Positions 1-10,790 are shown, counted from the first letter of the stretch. The stretch: DNA of 64,000 bases from Octopus bimaculoides (GCF_001194135.2 NC_068988.1:38169450-38233449), one strand, 5' to 3'. Notes: generated by a model not told the origin, from the letters alone. Numbers and translations: made by a program.

Positions 1-492
1 GTAACATAACAGGTGTTTGCTCTTACTGACCAACCTACACAACGAAACAGTTCAAAGAGGATTGTGTCTTTGAAAAGTCTGTTGCCACAGGCTGTACTTT
101 TAATGGCTGTCACATACATAACATGTCTCACAATAAATCCCTTTCTCCTTTTTCTTCTTCTCCTCTCTCAGTGTTGCTTAAGAGACTATCACAGAGAGAA
201 GAGACAGACAGAGACTGTCATCTCACATTGGTTGTCTCCAGCATAAATTTTGTTTTATATGATGTATTATTTACTGATTCTATCTTTATATGAATTGTAG
301 TTCTTGTGAAGATTGTTATAGTTAATAAGTGGAGCAATAAAACATTTTCTATGTAAGTAAATCCCTTAACCCTTTAGTTATCAGATTACTCAGTCAAATG
401 TAATACTTATTTATTCATATAATTTTGAATTAATCACAAATTATCTCATGGTTTCAAGATTTCGATGATGAGATTGTTTATCTTTAGAATAA

Positions 493-1995
493 GTAGCAAA
501 TTTACCGATCTATGATGGAGGCATAAAATGAAGGAGGGAAGTCATAACAGCAGTATGTATATATTGAGAAATGTGTAGATAGACTTGATAGTTTACTAGG
601 TGCTGTCTTAGAGAAATCACATTATTGTTGGTGATACAGCGTTCTATTGCAGCTATATGATATGTTTGCAACTAAGTGACATGTGATGACGATTCACTCC
701 TGAACTGAAATAGGCTCCCACATGTATCATGAGTGGTTATGTGGACCACTCTTAACGAAAGCTAGAGCTTCTTTCAACCACTACATAAGAAGTATTAAGA
801 AAAAAATGTTATTTAAGTATTTTAGTTACTTATACTATTTTACACTTGTTTATACTCTTATACATTCAAAGTTCACAAATTTCCTTATTTAAATTATGAA
901 TCATATTCCTTTCGATAATATCAATATGATTACAAAACTTCTTTGTCGTCGATATTTCCTGTTTGGTTGACACTAATTTTCAAATTATTGGAGTCTGTTG
1001 CTCTATTCATAGTGACGTATAACTGGCTGCGTGTAAACATCAGAGAGGGTAAAAATACACCTACATGATCTAAAGTCTGGCCTTGTGCCTTGTATGCTGT
1101 GAGTGTGCAAGCGGAATCTTTAGGGTTGCTAAAAATCAAACTAAGACTTACCTCTCACTGTTCTATGCGAATAATGTCTGGATGTTCTGGTACCATGGGT
1201 TATTTTGATTGACAAAACTGAGATGTAAACAACAGCTGCATCAATTAGCCATTTCGAATCCTGCTCAGGACTGACACACTTCAATAATCACTAAATAATC
1301 ACACACACTGTATACTGATACACACTTTTTCCATTTTATTTTTGCTATTAACTGCCCTCGCGACTTCAAATCTATGATGGGGCCATGAACTATACAATGG
1401 AAATCCAGAGTTACTCATGGTCAGTGAATTTTTAATAAAAATGCGAAGGTGGTTTATCAATTCAAAAAATCAATATCCACAAAATAATCATACTTTCTGA
1501 TTTTTTAATGCTAAAAACCTTTCTGACGACCATTTTTGTAATCTTGAAAAATATTGTAACCATTGGTCCAGCCGTCTGGCCATGAAGAGGAAACAGACAA
1601 GAGAGATAGACAGACATAATGCCCATAGTAAGATAGCAAATATAGTAAAATAGCAAATTTGTAAGATAGCAAATTTTATAGTAAGATAGCAAATTTGCCC
1701 ATCTATGATGGGAAATAAGGGCATAGTATCACAAATCTAAACCCTCTAAATACACGAACTATACGGGGGGNNNNNNNNNNTTGCTGGAATTTTAACAAAA
1801 AAAAAAAATCAAAGGTGATTTATTAATACAAAACTCAATATCCACTAAATAATCAAACTTTTTCACATTTTTTTTTCACTAGAAACCTTCCTGATTACCT
1901 CCTTCATAATCCCCAAAAACATCGTGACCACTGGTTCAGCCATTTGACTGTGGAAAGGGAACAGACAGATGAACATAACGCACATTATAGTAAGA
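493..1995 (-). mobile_element. Helitron composite (non-autonomous, several tandem termini)
   Basis: On the minus strand: 5' a|TCTTACTAT at 1995, 3' hairpin CCCATC-ATA-GATGGG followed by aaatttgCTA (1687-1712; decayed copy at ~493-520), insertion between A and T with no TSD. Two related ~190-bp 5' units (1441-1634, 1810-1995) with ACAGACAG motifs. Confidence 0.75.
930..1260 (-). pseudogene. Helitron RepHel PIF1-type helicase C-terminal fragment
   Basis: ACTLTAYKAQGQTLDHVGVFLPSLMFTRSQLYVTMNRAT matches the PIF1/Helitron motif pattern AFAMTINKAQGQTL..VG..L....F.HGQLYVA.SR; frameshifted upstream. Confidence 0.8.
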
Positions 1996-2079
1996 TGTTG
2001 TAGGGCAGGTGTAAGAAGCCAAATCTAGCTGGTTTGAACATAAAGAAGTGTAATATTTAGGCTGAATATGGCAGAGAAA

Positions 2080-2621
2080 CTCATGAACGAGGAGAGCATG
2101 GTGAAGAATCCAGTTCTTAAAAGTCCTCCCTCATGCACTTCAAAACTTCACAGTTGAACTCTCAATTGATGGTCTGACCCTGGGGGACAAATTCTCGATA
2201 CACAATACCATATTTTCAAGGGTGACGTTCATGGCAGGTCTTTCAGATCGCTCATTGTCTTCTAGGGGCGTTCTTCCACTTTTGAAGCATCTGTTCCACT
2301 CAAAACAGTGCATATGACCCATTGCCTCATCGCCATAATCTTGCCAAAGCATGCTCAATGTCTCTGTAGCAGACTTCCCAAGTTTAATGCAAAATTTAAC
2401 ATTGGCTCTTTGCTCCAGCTTCCTGACCATGACAAAATCGCAGACTACAGCATACACGGAACAAAAACACAAATTTCACAACTTGTGAAGTAAACACAGC
2501 TATGTCACTTGGCACACTGCCTCATGAAGATCACTGCTAGCTCTCACTGTGCACACAACCATGTGCTGTCATCTGTTGGTGCACTACAGAACTAGTCCAG
2601 GAACTTTTTGATACCACCTTG
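2080..2621 (-). mobile_element. mariner remnant: one TIR, 5' region and N-terminal HTH
   Basis: VRKLEQRANVKFCIKLGKSATETLSMLWQDYGDEAM...FEW...FKSGRTPLEDNERSERP; TIR ...ACTAGTCCAGGAACTTTTTGATACCACCTTG|TA. Same family as 62646-63546. Confidence 0.85.
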
Positions 2622-2749
2622 TAAATGCCAAAGGGTTAAAGACAAAATTTGCTGACATCTCTGCACATGTTCCATATAAGTTAATCCTTTACATACCAAT
2701 ATTTTTTTTTATAATTCTTAGAATATATACTAATACAAGTACACCATTA

Positions 2750-3170
2750 ATTTTCTGGAGTCTTAGGGGATGTGGGTTTGAGTCCCATGGCAGTTTGTTG
2801 ACAACTTTTCTGCCTTGTAAGGGTTTAACCATTATTTCTGCTGTTCCAATGGCAATATTGCATTAAAAAAAATATCATCTTATTGCATCGTACATTATAC
2901 ATTTTGATGCTTCTAATAAAGACAAATTTAAGTTTGTTTACAATTACATACACGTGGTTGTTCAATAAGCTATTTAGCATCTAAATCAGTGAATGAATTT
3001 GTCAGCGGGCAGTTTAGCTTAATGGTAATGCACTCAGATTGAGTTTTGGGCAATGAGGGTTTGATTCCTATGGCTGTTTGTTGACAGCTTTTTCCTCCTT
3101 GTAAGGGTATTTACCCATTATGTCTGATGTTGAAATGGCAGTGCTGCATTCAAAAAACTATCATCTTATA
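2750..3170 (+). mobile_element. two tandem copies of a tRNA-derived SINE-like repeat (~2750-2890 truncated, ~3000-3170)
   Basis: A-box-like TAGCTTAATGGT and B-box-like GGTTTGATTCC in the second copy; ~130-bp body shared by both copies. Confidence 0.55.
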
Positions 3171-3223
3171 CATACATACATACATACATACATACATACA
3201 TACATACACATATATATATATAT

Positions 3224-3425
3224 ATCATCATCATCATCAGCGTTTAACGTCCGCTTTCCATGCTAGCATGGGTTGGACGATTTGACTGAGGACTGGTGAA
3301 ACCGGATGGCAACACCAGGCTCCAGTCTGATTTGGCAGAGTTTCTACAGCTGGATGCCCTTCCTAACGCCAACCACTCAGAGAGTGTAGTGGGTGCTTTT
3401 ACGTGTCACCCGCATGAAAACGGCC
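3224..3425 (-). mobile_element. 5'-truncated RTE LINE 3' tail with (GAT)n end
   Basis: Same tail that directly follows RTE ORF2 at 26400-26587. Other minus copies: ~4184-4518, 5880-6230, 12871-13375, 15004-15215, 30765-30963. Plus copies: ~12645-12785, 51830-52025, 54710-54975. Confidence 0.85.
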
Positions 3426-3900
3426 NNNNNNNNNNNNNNNNNNNNNNNNNNNNNNNNNNNNNNNNNNNNNNNNNNNNNNNNNNNNNNNNNNNNNNNNNNN
3501 NNNNNNNNNNNNNNNNNNNNNNNNNNNNNNNNNNNNNNNNNNNNNNNNNNNNNNNNNNNNNNNNNNNNNNNNNNNNNNNNNNNNNNNNNNNNNNNNNNNN
3601 NNNNNNNNNNNNNNNNNNNNNNNNNNNNNNNNNNNNNNNNNNNNNNNNNNNNNNNNNNNNNNNNNNNNNNNNNNNNNNNNNNNNNNNNNNNNNNNNNNNN
3701 NNNNNNNNNNNNNNNNNNNNNNNNNNNNNNNNNNNNNNNNNNNNNNNNNNNNNNNNNNNNNNNNNNNNNNNNNNNNNNNNNNNNNNNNNNNNNNNNNNNN
3801 NNNNNNNNNNNNNNNNNNNNNNNNNNNNNNNNNNNNNNNNNNNNNNNNNNNNNNNNNNNNNNNNNNNNNNNNNNNNNNNNNNNNNNNNNNNNNNNNNNNN
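3426..3900. other. assembly gap (N run)
   Basis: Other N runs: 1771-1780, 16666-16675, 18857-19578, 43376-44251, 44979-45113, 46832-46849, 49062-49301, 53084-53359, 55794-56132, 58520-58989, 60714-60892. Confidence 0.98.
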
Positions 3901-3935
<35 letters not shown>

Positions 3936-3959
3936 ATATATATATAATCCCCCCAAAAT

Positions 3960-4150
3960 AAAGAAAAAAACACAAGAAAAACAACAACATAAGGACGTGG
4001 TACATGCAAAGTATTAAAAGATGCCCAGAGAAGGAAAGAAGGAAAGAAAGGGTGTTTTACGTTTCAAACAAAGCTCTTCTTCAGAAACGGGAGACAGAAG
4101 AAAGTCCAAGAGAAAAGGGGGTGGGAGAAAACAAATCACCAACAATCCAC
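3960..4150 (-). mobile_element. short PLE-LTR-like repeat with hammerhead-like motif (family P2)
   Basis: Minus strand 4088-4054 reads GTTT-CTGAAGA-A-GAGC-TTT-GTTT-GAAACGTA-AAAC. Homologous to 6398-6570 (+) and 43140-43370 (+). Confidence 0.6.
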
Positions 4151-4534
4151 ATGTAGTTACATTTTACACACACACACACATATATCATCATCATCATCAT
4201 CATCATCGTTTAATGTCTGCTTTCCATTCTGGTATGGGTTGGACGATTTGACTGAAGACTGGAGAACCAGATGGCTGCACCAGGCTCCAATCTGATCTGG
4301 CAGAGTTTCTACAACTGGATGCCCTTCCTAATGCCAACCACTCTGAGAGTGTAGTGGGTGCTTTTACGTGCCACCGGCATGAGAGCCAGTCAGGCGGTAC
4401 TGGCAATGGCCACACTCAAATGGCGTATTTTACGTGCCACCTGCATAGGAGCCAGTCCAGTGGCACTGGCAATGACTTCGCTTGAATACTTTTTCATGTG
4501 CCACCAGCACAAGTGCCAGATATACATATATGTA

Positions 4535-4577
<43 letters not shown>

Positions 4578-4659
4578 ATATATACACACATATATATATA
4601 TACATGCACCAGCATGGCATCAAGGCAGTGCCCCAGCGTAAATGCAGTCTCATGACTGA

Positions 4660-5011
4660 AGCAAGTTAATGATAAAAGATTACTGTCTCTTTGCCTTGAC
4701 ATGATGTGAATGAATGTTACCAGCATGCAAGCAATTTCCTTCCTTCATCTTCCAAGGAAACATGCCTGGTTAGGTGGTATTATTACATTACTTGGAGATA
4801 GGTGAGGGTTGGTAACAGGAAAGGCATCTGGTTGTAGGAAATCCACCTCAACAAAGTTGGGTCTAACCTATTCAAGTGGATAATGTTGAAACAATGACGA
4901 TGACGACGACGACAATGATGATGATTGTGTTGGTGGTGGTGATGATGATGGTAGTGATGATGATGATGATGGTGATGGCGGTGGTGGTAGTGATGCTAGT
5001 GGAGATGATGG

Positions 5012-5045
<34 letters not shown>

Positions 5046-5200
5046 GGTGTTGATGATGGCGATTGTGGTGGTGGTAGTGGAGATGATGAAGGCGCTGGTG
5101 TTGGTAGTGGTGGTGGTAGTGGAGATGATGATGATGGGGTAGTGGTGGTGGTGGAGGTGAAGATGGTTTTGACGATGATGATGACAATGATGACAATGTA
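4660..5200 (+). repeat. SINE-like repeat with RTE-type tail running into a (GAT/GGT)n field
   Basis: GGGTTGGTAACAGGAAAGGCATCTGGTTGTAG resembles the RTE tail. Related decayed copies at ~18180-18330, ~36900-37110 and ~59030-59230 (-). Confidence 0.5.
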
Positions 5201-5514
5201 TACAATTCATATCTTATTTTGCTAAGAATTTTTATCCTTGATATGGTTTCTAAAGCAGGTACAAGTGTCAGTGGTTGCACCACCAATCAATATCGATGCA
5301 GGACAAGATCAAAGTTTTTGATTCTGTATGGAAGCTATGTGATATCTGTTGTATTGATTAGTCAACTATTTATGATGTAAAGAAGAAGAGGAACAAAAAC
5401 AAAACAAAAAAAAAACAAAACAAAAAAAAACAAACAAATTATTGAAATTCTATAAATATGGTGATTTAAAATAGCAAATGAGTATCAGGAAATCTATGAG
5501 AAGTTGGTAAGAAT

Positions 5515-5745
5515 AATCTTTTCTCTTCTAGGCACAAGGCCCGAAATTTTTGGGGAGGGGGCCAATCGATTAGATCGACCCCAGTATGCAACTGGTACTT
5601 AATTTATTGACTTTGAAAGGATGAAAGGCAAAGTCATCCTTGGCGGAATTTGAACTCAGAACATAAAGACAGATAAAATATCACTAAGCATTTTGCCCGG
5701 CATGCTAACATTTCTGCCAGCTTTGCCGCCTTAAGTTGGTAAGAA
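5515..5745 (-). mobile_element. abundant tRNA-derived SINE, family S1
   Basis: Minus strand: AAGGCGGCAAAGCTGGCAGAA...TTCTGAGTTCAAATTCCGCCAAGGATGACTTTGCCTTTCATCC with B-box GAGTTCAAATTCC. Further copies ~11995-12160 (+), 18058-18137 (-), 29320-29500 (-), 32620-32790 (-), 46158-46375 (+), 55480-55620 (-), 61720-62155 (two, -). Confidence 0.8.
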
Positions 5746-6397
5746 TAATGAGCATGATTGAGTGGTGAGGGAATAAGTTTGTCAGCATCAGAGTGATGCT
5801 GTAGACTTGTCATGCATGTCTAACACCATTTTAGTGGAATAGGCCAGATTATTCCATACAGAACTTAAATTTAAAAATTATCATCATCATCATCAACATC
5901 ATCATCATCATATTCATCATCATCATCATCATCATCATCATTTAGCATCTGCTTTCCATGCTGGCATGAGTTAGACAGTTTGACCGAAACTGGTAAGCTG
6001 GAGAGCTGCACCAAGTTCCAATCTTATTTGGCATGGTTTCTATGGCTGGATGCCCACCCTTCTGAATGCCAACCACTCCAAGAGTGTAATGGGTGTCTCG
6101 ACTATGATTTCACTTGGGTCTTCACTTGACGGGTCTTCTCAAGCATGGCATATTGCCAAGGGTCTCTGTCACTTGTCAATGCCTCCATGAGGCCCACCGT
6201 TTGATGGGTGCTTTTTATGTGCCACCAGCATTGTGTTTAAAGGTGTGGCTGTGTGGGAAGAAGCTTGTTTTCCAACCACAAGGTTCTAGGTTCAGTTCAA
6301 TTGCATGGCACCTTAGGCCAGTGTCTTCTACTATAACTTCAGGCAGATCAAAGCCTTGTGAGTGGGTTTGGTAGACAGAAACTGAAAGAAGCCCGCT

Positions 6398-6570
6398 GTG
6401 GCAATTTTTCCTTGTTTTTGCTTCTTTCTCTTTGGACTCTTCTCTTTCCGATGAAGAACTATGCTTGAAGCATTAATAACTCTCTCCTTTCACCAAGCAT
6501 CTAATTAATATATTGCTTGTGCACATCTTCACGGTTTTCTCATTTTACTCTGTTTTTTAATTGTTTGTTC
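6398..6570 (+). mobile_element. family P2 PLE-LTR-like repeat, decayed hammerhead-like motif
   Basis: CCGATGA-AGAAC-TAT-GCTT-GAAGC at 6448-6471; flanks align to 43180-43370. Confidence 0.45.
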
Positions 6571-8080
6571 TTTGAATTGACTATGTATGCAATAGATCCT
6601 GCTTTATAAATCCACTGATAATAAATCCACCCACTTAATATATCCAAAATAGGTTGGGATGGAATTTTTACACATAAAATCTCTCATTTAATAAATCCAA
6701 ATCATCACTTAATAAATCCAGTTATTGCTATTTCTTTCTAAAGTTTCAGCAAGTGGCAGTGAATGAATGAAATGTTTTTTTTTCACTCTTAAATACTGAC
6801 AGGTAGGCTCCAGCAGCCACTGCTACCCAGCTGTCATGTGGTTCACTCCATCATCCAAAAATAGATCAATAAATATGTAGTAGCTAGTGGTAGCTGCTGG
6901 AGCCTACCATACAACCTTGTCATTCAAGTAAAAAAGAAGGCTCTGGGACACCTCCTGTCAAAATTACATACCCTTCTCATTCATTGGATAATGGAGTGTA
7001 CCATGTGACAGCTGGCTGGTTGTGGCTGCTGAAGCCTACCTGTCGGTATTTAAGTGCAAAAAAACACATTATTCATCATTCACGAAGAGAGGCAGATACA
7101 CACACAAGTTGTTCAAAATGTTCAAAATGAAAAGAGAGGGGCAGGCTTGGGAATTTCAAGAGGTCTGCTCCAGAATTTTCTAAAGAATGAGGATGACTTT
7201 CGTGCTAAAGAACATGGCGGCAGTTCATCAAAGAGAAAGTGCCAACGAAAGGGAAAAGACCACCAGATAGACTATGCTCTCTATGATTGGTTTCCATTTA
7301 TTTGCTCGAGAAATATCCCCATCAATGGCCTGATCCTAATGCACAAAGTCAACACCATTGCTCAAGCTGCTGGATACAATTTTAAGGCATCCAAAGGTTG
7401 GTTTTACTGTTGGCAAAAAAAACATGGTTCTAAAAGATAAGCTTTGTAGTTCAGTAGTTCACATTTTCCTCTTTAGAGAACACAAACTAAACATTTCATA
7501 CATTGCAGGTGACGCAGCTGATGTTGATGGAGCCTATCAGTTTCATGAGACAACCATGCAGCTTCTTTTGAAATCATATCAGTCAAGGACATCTATAATG
7601 CCGATGAAACTGGGATCTACTTTCATGCATTATCAAGGAATACATATGTAGACAAGAGTTGCAAGAAAACTATGAGGGCTTTAAGATGGCAAAGGACCAT
7701 ATGACCTTGATGGTGGCTTGCAACATGAATGGAGACAAAGAAGGCTTGCTCTTAATCAGAAAGGCTGGTTCATCAAGATGTTTCAAAAATGTCAAAATGC
7801 TTCCCATTCAGTATGACCTTTCAACCAATGTTTGGATGACAGAAAAAAATGTACGGAAGATGGCTCAGATCTTGGGATCGTCATTTGCAGGAATCTAGAA
7901 GACAAGTGGTGGTCCTCCTTGACAATTGCTCTTCTCATGTAGTCATCGATTATCTCAAAGATATCACTTTAAAATTTCTTCCTCCCAACACAACATCAGT
8001 GCTGCAGCCCTGTGACATGGGGATAATGAAGACCTTGAAAGCCTACTTCAGACATGAAATGCAGGAGAAGACCATTGATG

Positions 8081-8610
8081 GAGTAAAGATTTTTGCCAAT
8101 ATAACATGGCAGTCCTGGTTTAGGATGAATGTTGCTGTAATTTAGTCCCAGGAGAGATGGTCTCCAGCTGGCTATATGACACAATCTGTGTCCTTATATT
8201 TTCAAACATGGGAATCTAGCACCCTCACTCAGCTCAAAACAATATCTGTGCATTGCGATTTCCAGGTTATTTCCCTTCATCAGCACAGAATAATTGTTTG
8301 GCTAGAGGTGGCGCTGCCAAATTCTTGCTTGAAATATATAGTTTTCTAAGTGACAACTAGTCACTGATCTATAAATTAGAAAATTACTATTTTTAAATCT
8401 CACAAGAGATATTCAGCAACAGTACTTTGGAGTAAAGATTTTTGCCAACATAACATGGCAGTACTGTCATATAGCCAGCTGGAGACGATGTCTCCTGGGG
8501 CAACATTCGTCCTAAACGAGGACTGCCATGTTATGTTGGCAAACAATCTTTACTCCAAAGTACTGTTGTTGAATATCTCTCGTTGTGAGATTTAAAAATA
8601 GTAATTTTCT
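8081..8610 (-). mobile_element. 530-bp insertion with 13-bp TSD, ~349-bp tandem period, inverted segment and hammerhead-like motif
   Basis: Flanked by AAGACCATTGATG (8068-8080) and AAGATCATTGATG (8611-8623). 8080-8113 repeats at 8429-8462. 8464-8612 is the reverse complement of segments ~8376-8462 and ~8080-8181. Confidence 0.8.
8245..8289 (-). ncRNA. candidate type I hammerhead ribozyme (mutated)
   Basis: TCTGTG-CTGATGA-AGG-GAAATAA-CCT-G-GAAA-T-CGCA-A-T-G-CACAGA: 6-bp stem I, CUGAUGA core, 3-bp stem II, minimal stem III. Position 17 is G and there is one extra G before GAAA. Confidence 0.55.
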
Positions 8611-9386
8611 AAGATCATTGATGTTATGGAAGACACTGAATGTGACATTTTTGCCCAAGAAGTTGCAAAACAGATCACCATTTTGGATATCATGTATGTG
8701 TTAACTGTAGCTTGGAAGAAGGTTTCTAGCCAGACAATCAAACATTGTTGGAGCAAAGCAGGTTTTGTTTCGGCCAAAGAATCAAATGAAGCCATAGATG
8801 TTAATGAAGATTTGATCCTGCCTTCACCACCTACTGGATTGGCCAAAAAGCAATTCAAGAATTAGTTGTCCATAGATGATGGTGCATTTGTTGCTCCAGA
8901 GATGATCACTGGAGCAGAAAAACTAGATGAGATCATTCACGACATTCGGCAATATGAGAAGAAAACTGAAAGAGATGAAGATGATGATTCTGATGTTGAT
9001 GTTAATGAAAGAGTTCCAGCGCCTCCAACACCTGCTGAAATGAGACACAATCTCACTCGATTAGAAAATGGCCTTGAAAGTTTTGATTTCAGTGACTTGA
9101 ATCTTTTTAGAACTCTTAAGGAAAAAAATCAATGCAGAGTTGCAAACAAAGTGTGCAGCAAAGCAAACAACACTCGACAAATTTTTCATTCTATGACATT
9201 GTTTATAATGTTTTTATTTGTGTATTTGCATATGTATATATTTTAATAAATACACATGTTTAATCAATCAGCGAATTTTGTTCCTTCGGTTAATCAATCC
9301 CTTATTTAATAAATCCAAAATAGGCAGTCCCAAGATGAATTTATAAAGTGGGGTCCACTGTGTATAAATATATATATATATATATA

Positions 9387-9507
9387 TCCACATGGTTCTG
9401 GGTTCAGTCCTATTGCATGGCACCTTGAGAAAGTGTCTTCTGCTATAGTGTTGGGTAAACCAAGTCCTTGTGAGTGGATTTGGTGGATAGAAACTAAAAG
9501 AAGTCTG

Positions 9508-9567
<60 letters not shown>

Positions 9568-9750
9568 ACGTATATATCTGTGTGTGTGTCTTTGTGTCTG
9601 TGTTTGTCTGCTCATCACAGTTTGACAACCAGTGTTGGCATGTTCATCTTCCTGTAACTTAGTGGTTCAGCAAAAGATACCAATAAAAAAAATACTAGGC
9701 TTAAAAAAATAAGTCCTGGGGTCAATTTGTTCAACTTAAAACCCTTCACA
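9387..9750 (+). mobile_element. tRNA-headed SINE with internal microsatellite (family S-ms)
   Basis: B-box GGTTCAGTCC, CCTTGRGCAAGT-like central block, (TA)n, conserved tail. Copies ~6240-6400, 27050-27390 (-), 32430-32550 (-), 36655-36830 (-), 42670-42790 (-), 44456-44935, 45450-45890, 50870-51035 (-), 61005-61400, 62500-62640. Confidence 0.8.
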
Positions 9751-9989
9751 AGTAAAAAATAAAAGATGACGTATTATTTTCTAATACAAGTGTGTCATGA
9801 GAGAGATTTGGCACATATGTTCTTAATTCAAATCCCTGAGAATGCATTTTTTTCTTTCTTTATTCCATCAGTATAAATGTAAGAAAAATAAATATCAAGG
9901 AAGTTCAGTGGACCCCAATAAACTATTCTCTCCACATATTTTCTGCATAATATTCCTCTATACATATTTTCTAACTTGTCTCTACATTA

Positions 9990-10790
9990 TCAGCTAACAA
10001 CCAGAAGCCCTCCTTATCTGCAGGGGTCAGCTTTCCAAGACTGTCTAGCTGCCTCAGCATTGTGCTGCATGCAGGCAATCAGCCAGGTTCTTGTTTGTAG
10101 TTCATTCTTTGATGTTATCAATCCAAAAACATCTTAGATAGCCTCTTGAATCTCTTGTCTTTCACACCTTCCTGCCAGGGTGGTCTTGTGCAATGACTTG
10201 TTGCACATTGTATATCAAAAATATGATAGCTTTGTGAACTTCCTTTTTTTTCACTGTTTTCACAGATTCCCAGGTCTCTCTGTCACCATCCAATTCCATT
10301 ATTATGAATTTGAATAGAGCCGTAGAAAATCTTTCATTAGCTAATTTCACAACCAAAGACACCACTCCTATCGACGTATTGCAGTTACTTTTTTGATAAA
10401 GCTTGGTGATCCTGATTATTGATAATCTGAGATTCTTCTACTCAGCATCAATGTAAGAAGCTCCATTAGCTCAGCTGAGCTCTTCTGCTATCTTTTTACA
10501 ATCTGCCATGCTGCAGTCCCATAACTTTGCCGCATCCCTGGCAGGGTGGCTGAATGGGTATTATGCCTTGCCAAAGAGCAGCCTGCAACTGTGCAGGGCA
10601 CCGTCATCACTCCGTGAGGAATTTTCAAAATACCTGCATATTTCAAAATACTTGCATATCTATTGTGGACTTGATTCTCAACGATAGGTGTCTTGGGATT
10701 TTAAGCTTTTTTAATACTGCAGTATTTGTCACTCTGTCTTTCTGGCTTATTCTGATCAATTTACAAACGAACCTTCTACACGCATCTACT
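9990..10790 (-). pseudogene. RTE/BovB-like LINE ORF2 C-terminal remnants (probably two tandem pieces)
   Basis: RRFVCKLIRISQKDRVTNTAVLKKL and GRKV*KTRDSRG...WIDNIKE*T...LADCLHAAQ resemble the RTE C-terminus; many stops and frameshifts. Confidence 0.6.

Larger units (their letters stand above)
370..2635. mobile_element. piggyBac-like MITE split by nested insertions (pieces ~370-492, ~1996-2078, ~2624-2635)
   Basis: TTAA|CCCTTTAG at 366-377 and AATGCCAAAGGG|TTAA at 2624-2639. The three pieces are collinear with the uninterrupted copy at 57021-57240. Confidence 0.7.
7054..9170 (+). pseudogene. Tigger/CENP-B-like transposase (HTH_Tnp_Tc5 + DDE_1), frameshifted and interrupted at 8081-8610
   Basis: IPINGLILM...FKASKGWF; DIYNADETGIYF (7586-7621); KDHMTLMVACNMNG...RCFKNVKMLP..Y...NVWMT; LLDNCSSH...FLPPNTTSVLQPCDMGIM; ITILDIMYVLTVAWKKVSSQTIKHCWSKAGF. 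Confidence 0.92.
6590..9360 (+). mobile_element. near full-length Tigger/pogo-like DNA transposon
   Basis: Imperfect 22-bp TIRs CAATAGATCCTGCTTTATAAAT (6590-6611) and ATTTATAAAGTGGGGTCCACTG (9339-9360); subterminal TAATAAATCC repeats at both ends; ~2.24 kb after removing the 530-bp insertion. Confidence 0.85.

Noticed and set aside
1-345. 77-aa ORF (13-246) and a frame with an in-frame TGA at 27-29; AATAAA at 132 and 336
   Set aside because: No recognisable protein motif or SECIS. It may be a 3' UTR end, but this cannot be supported without upstream sequence or transcripts.
675-730. TGATGA...hairpin...GAAA hammerhead-like string inside the Helitron
   Set aside because: Core C3 is missing and stems I and III are not convincing.
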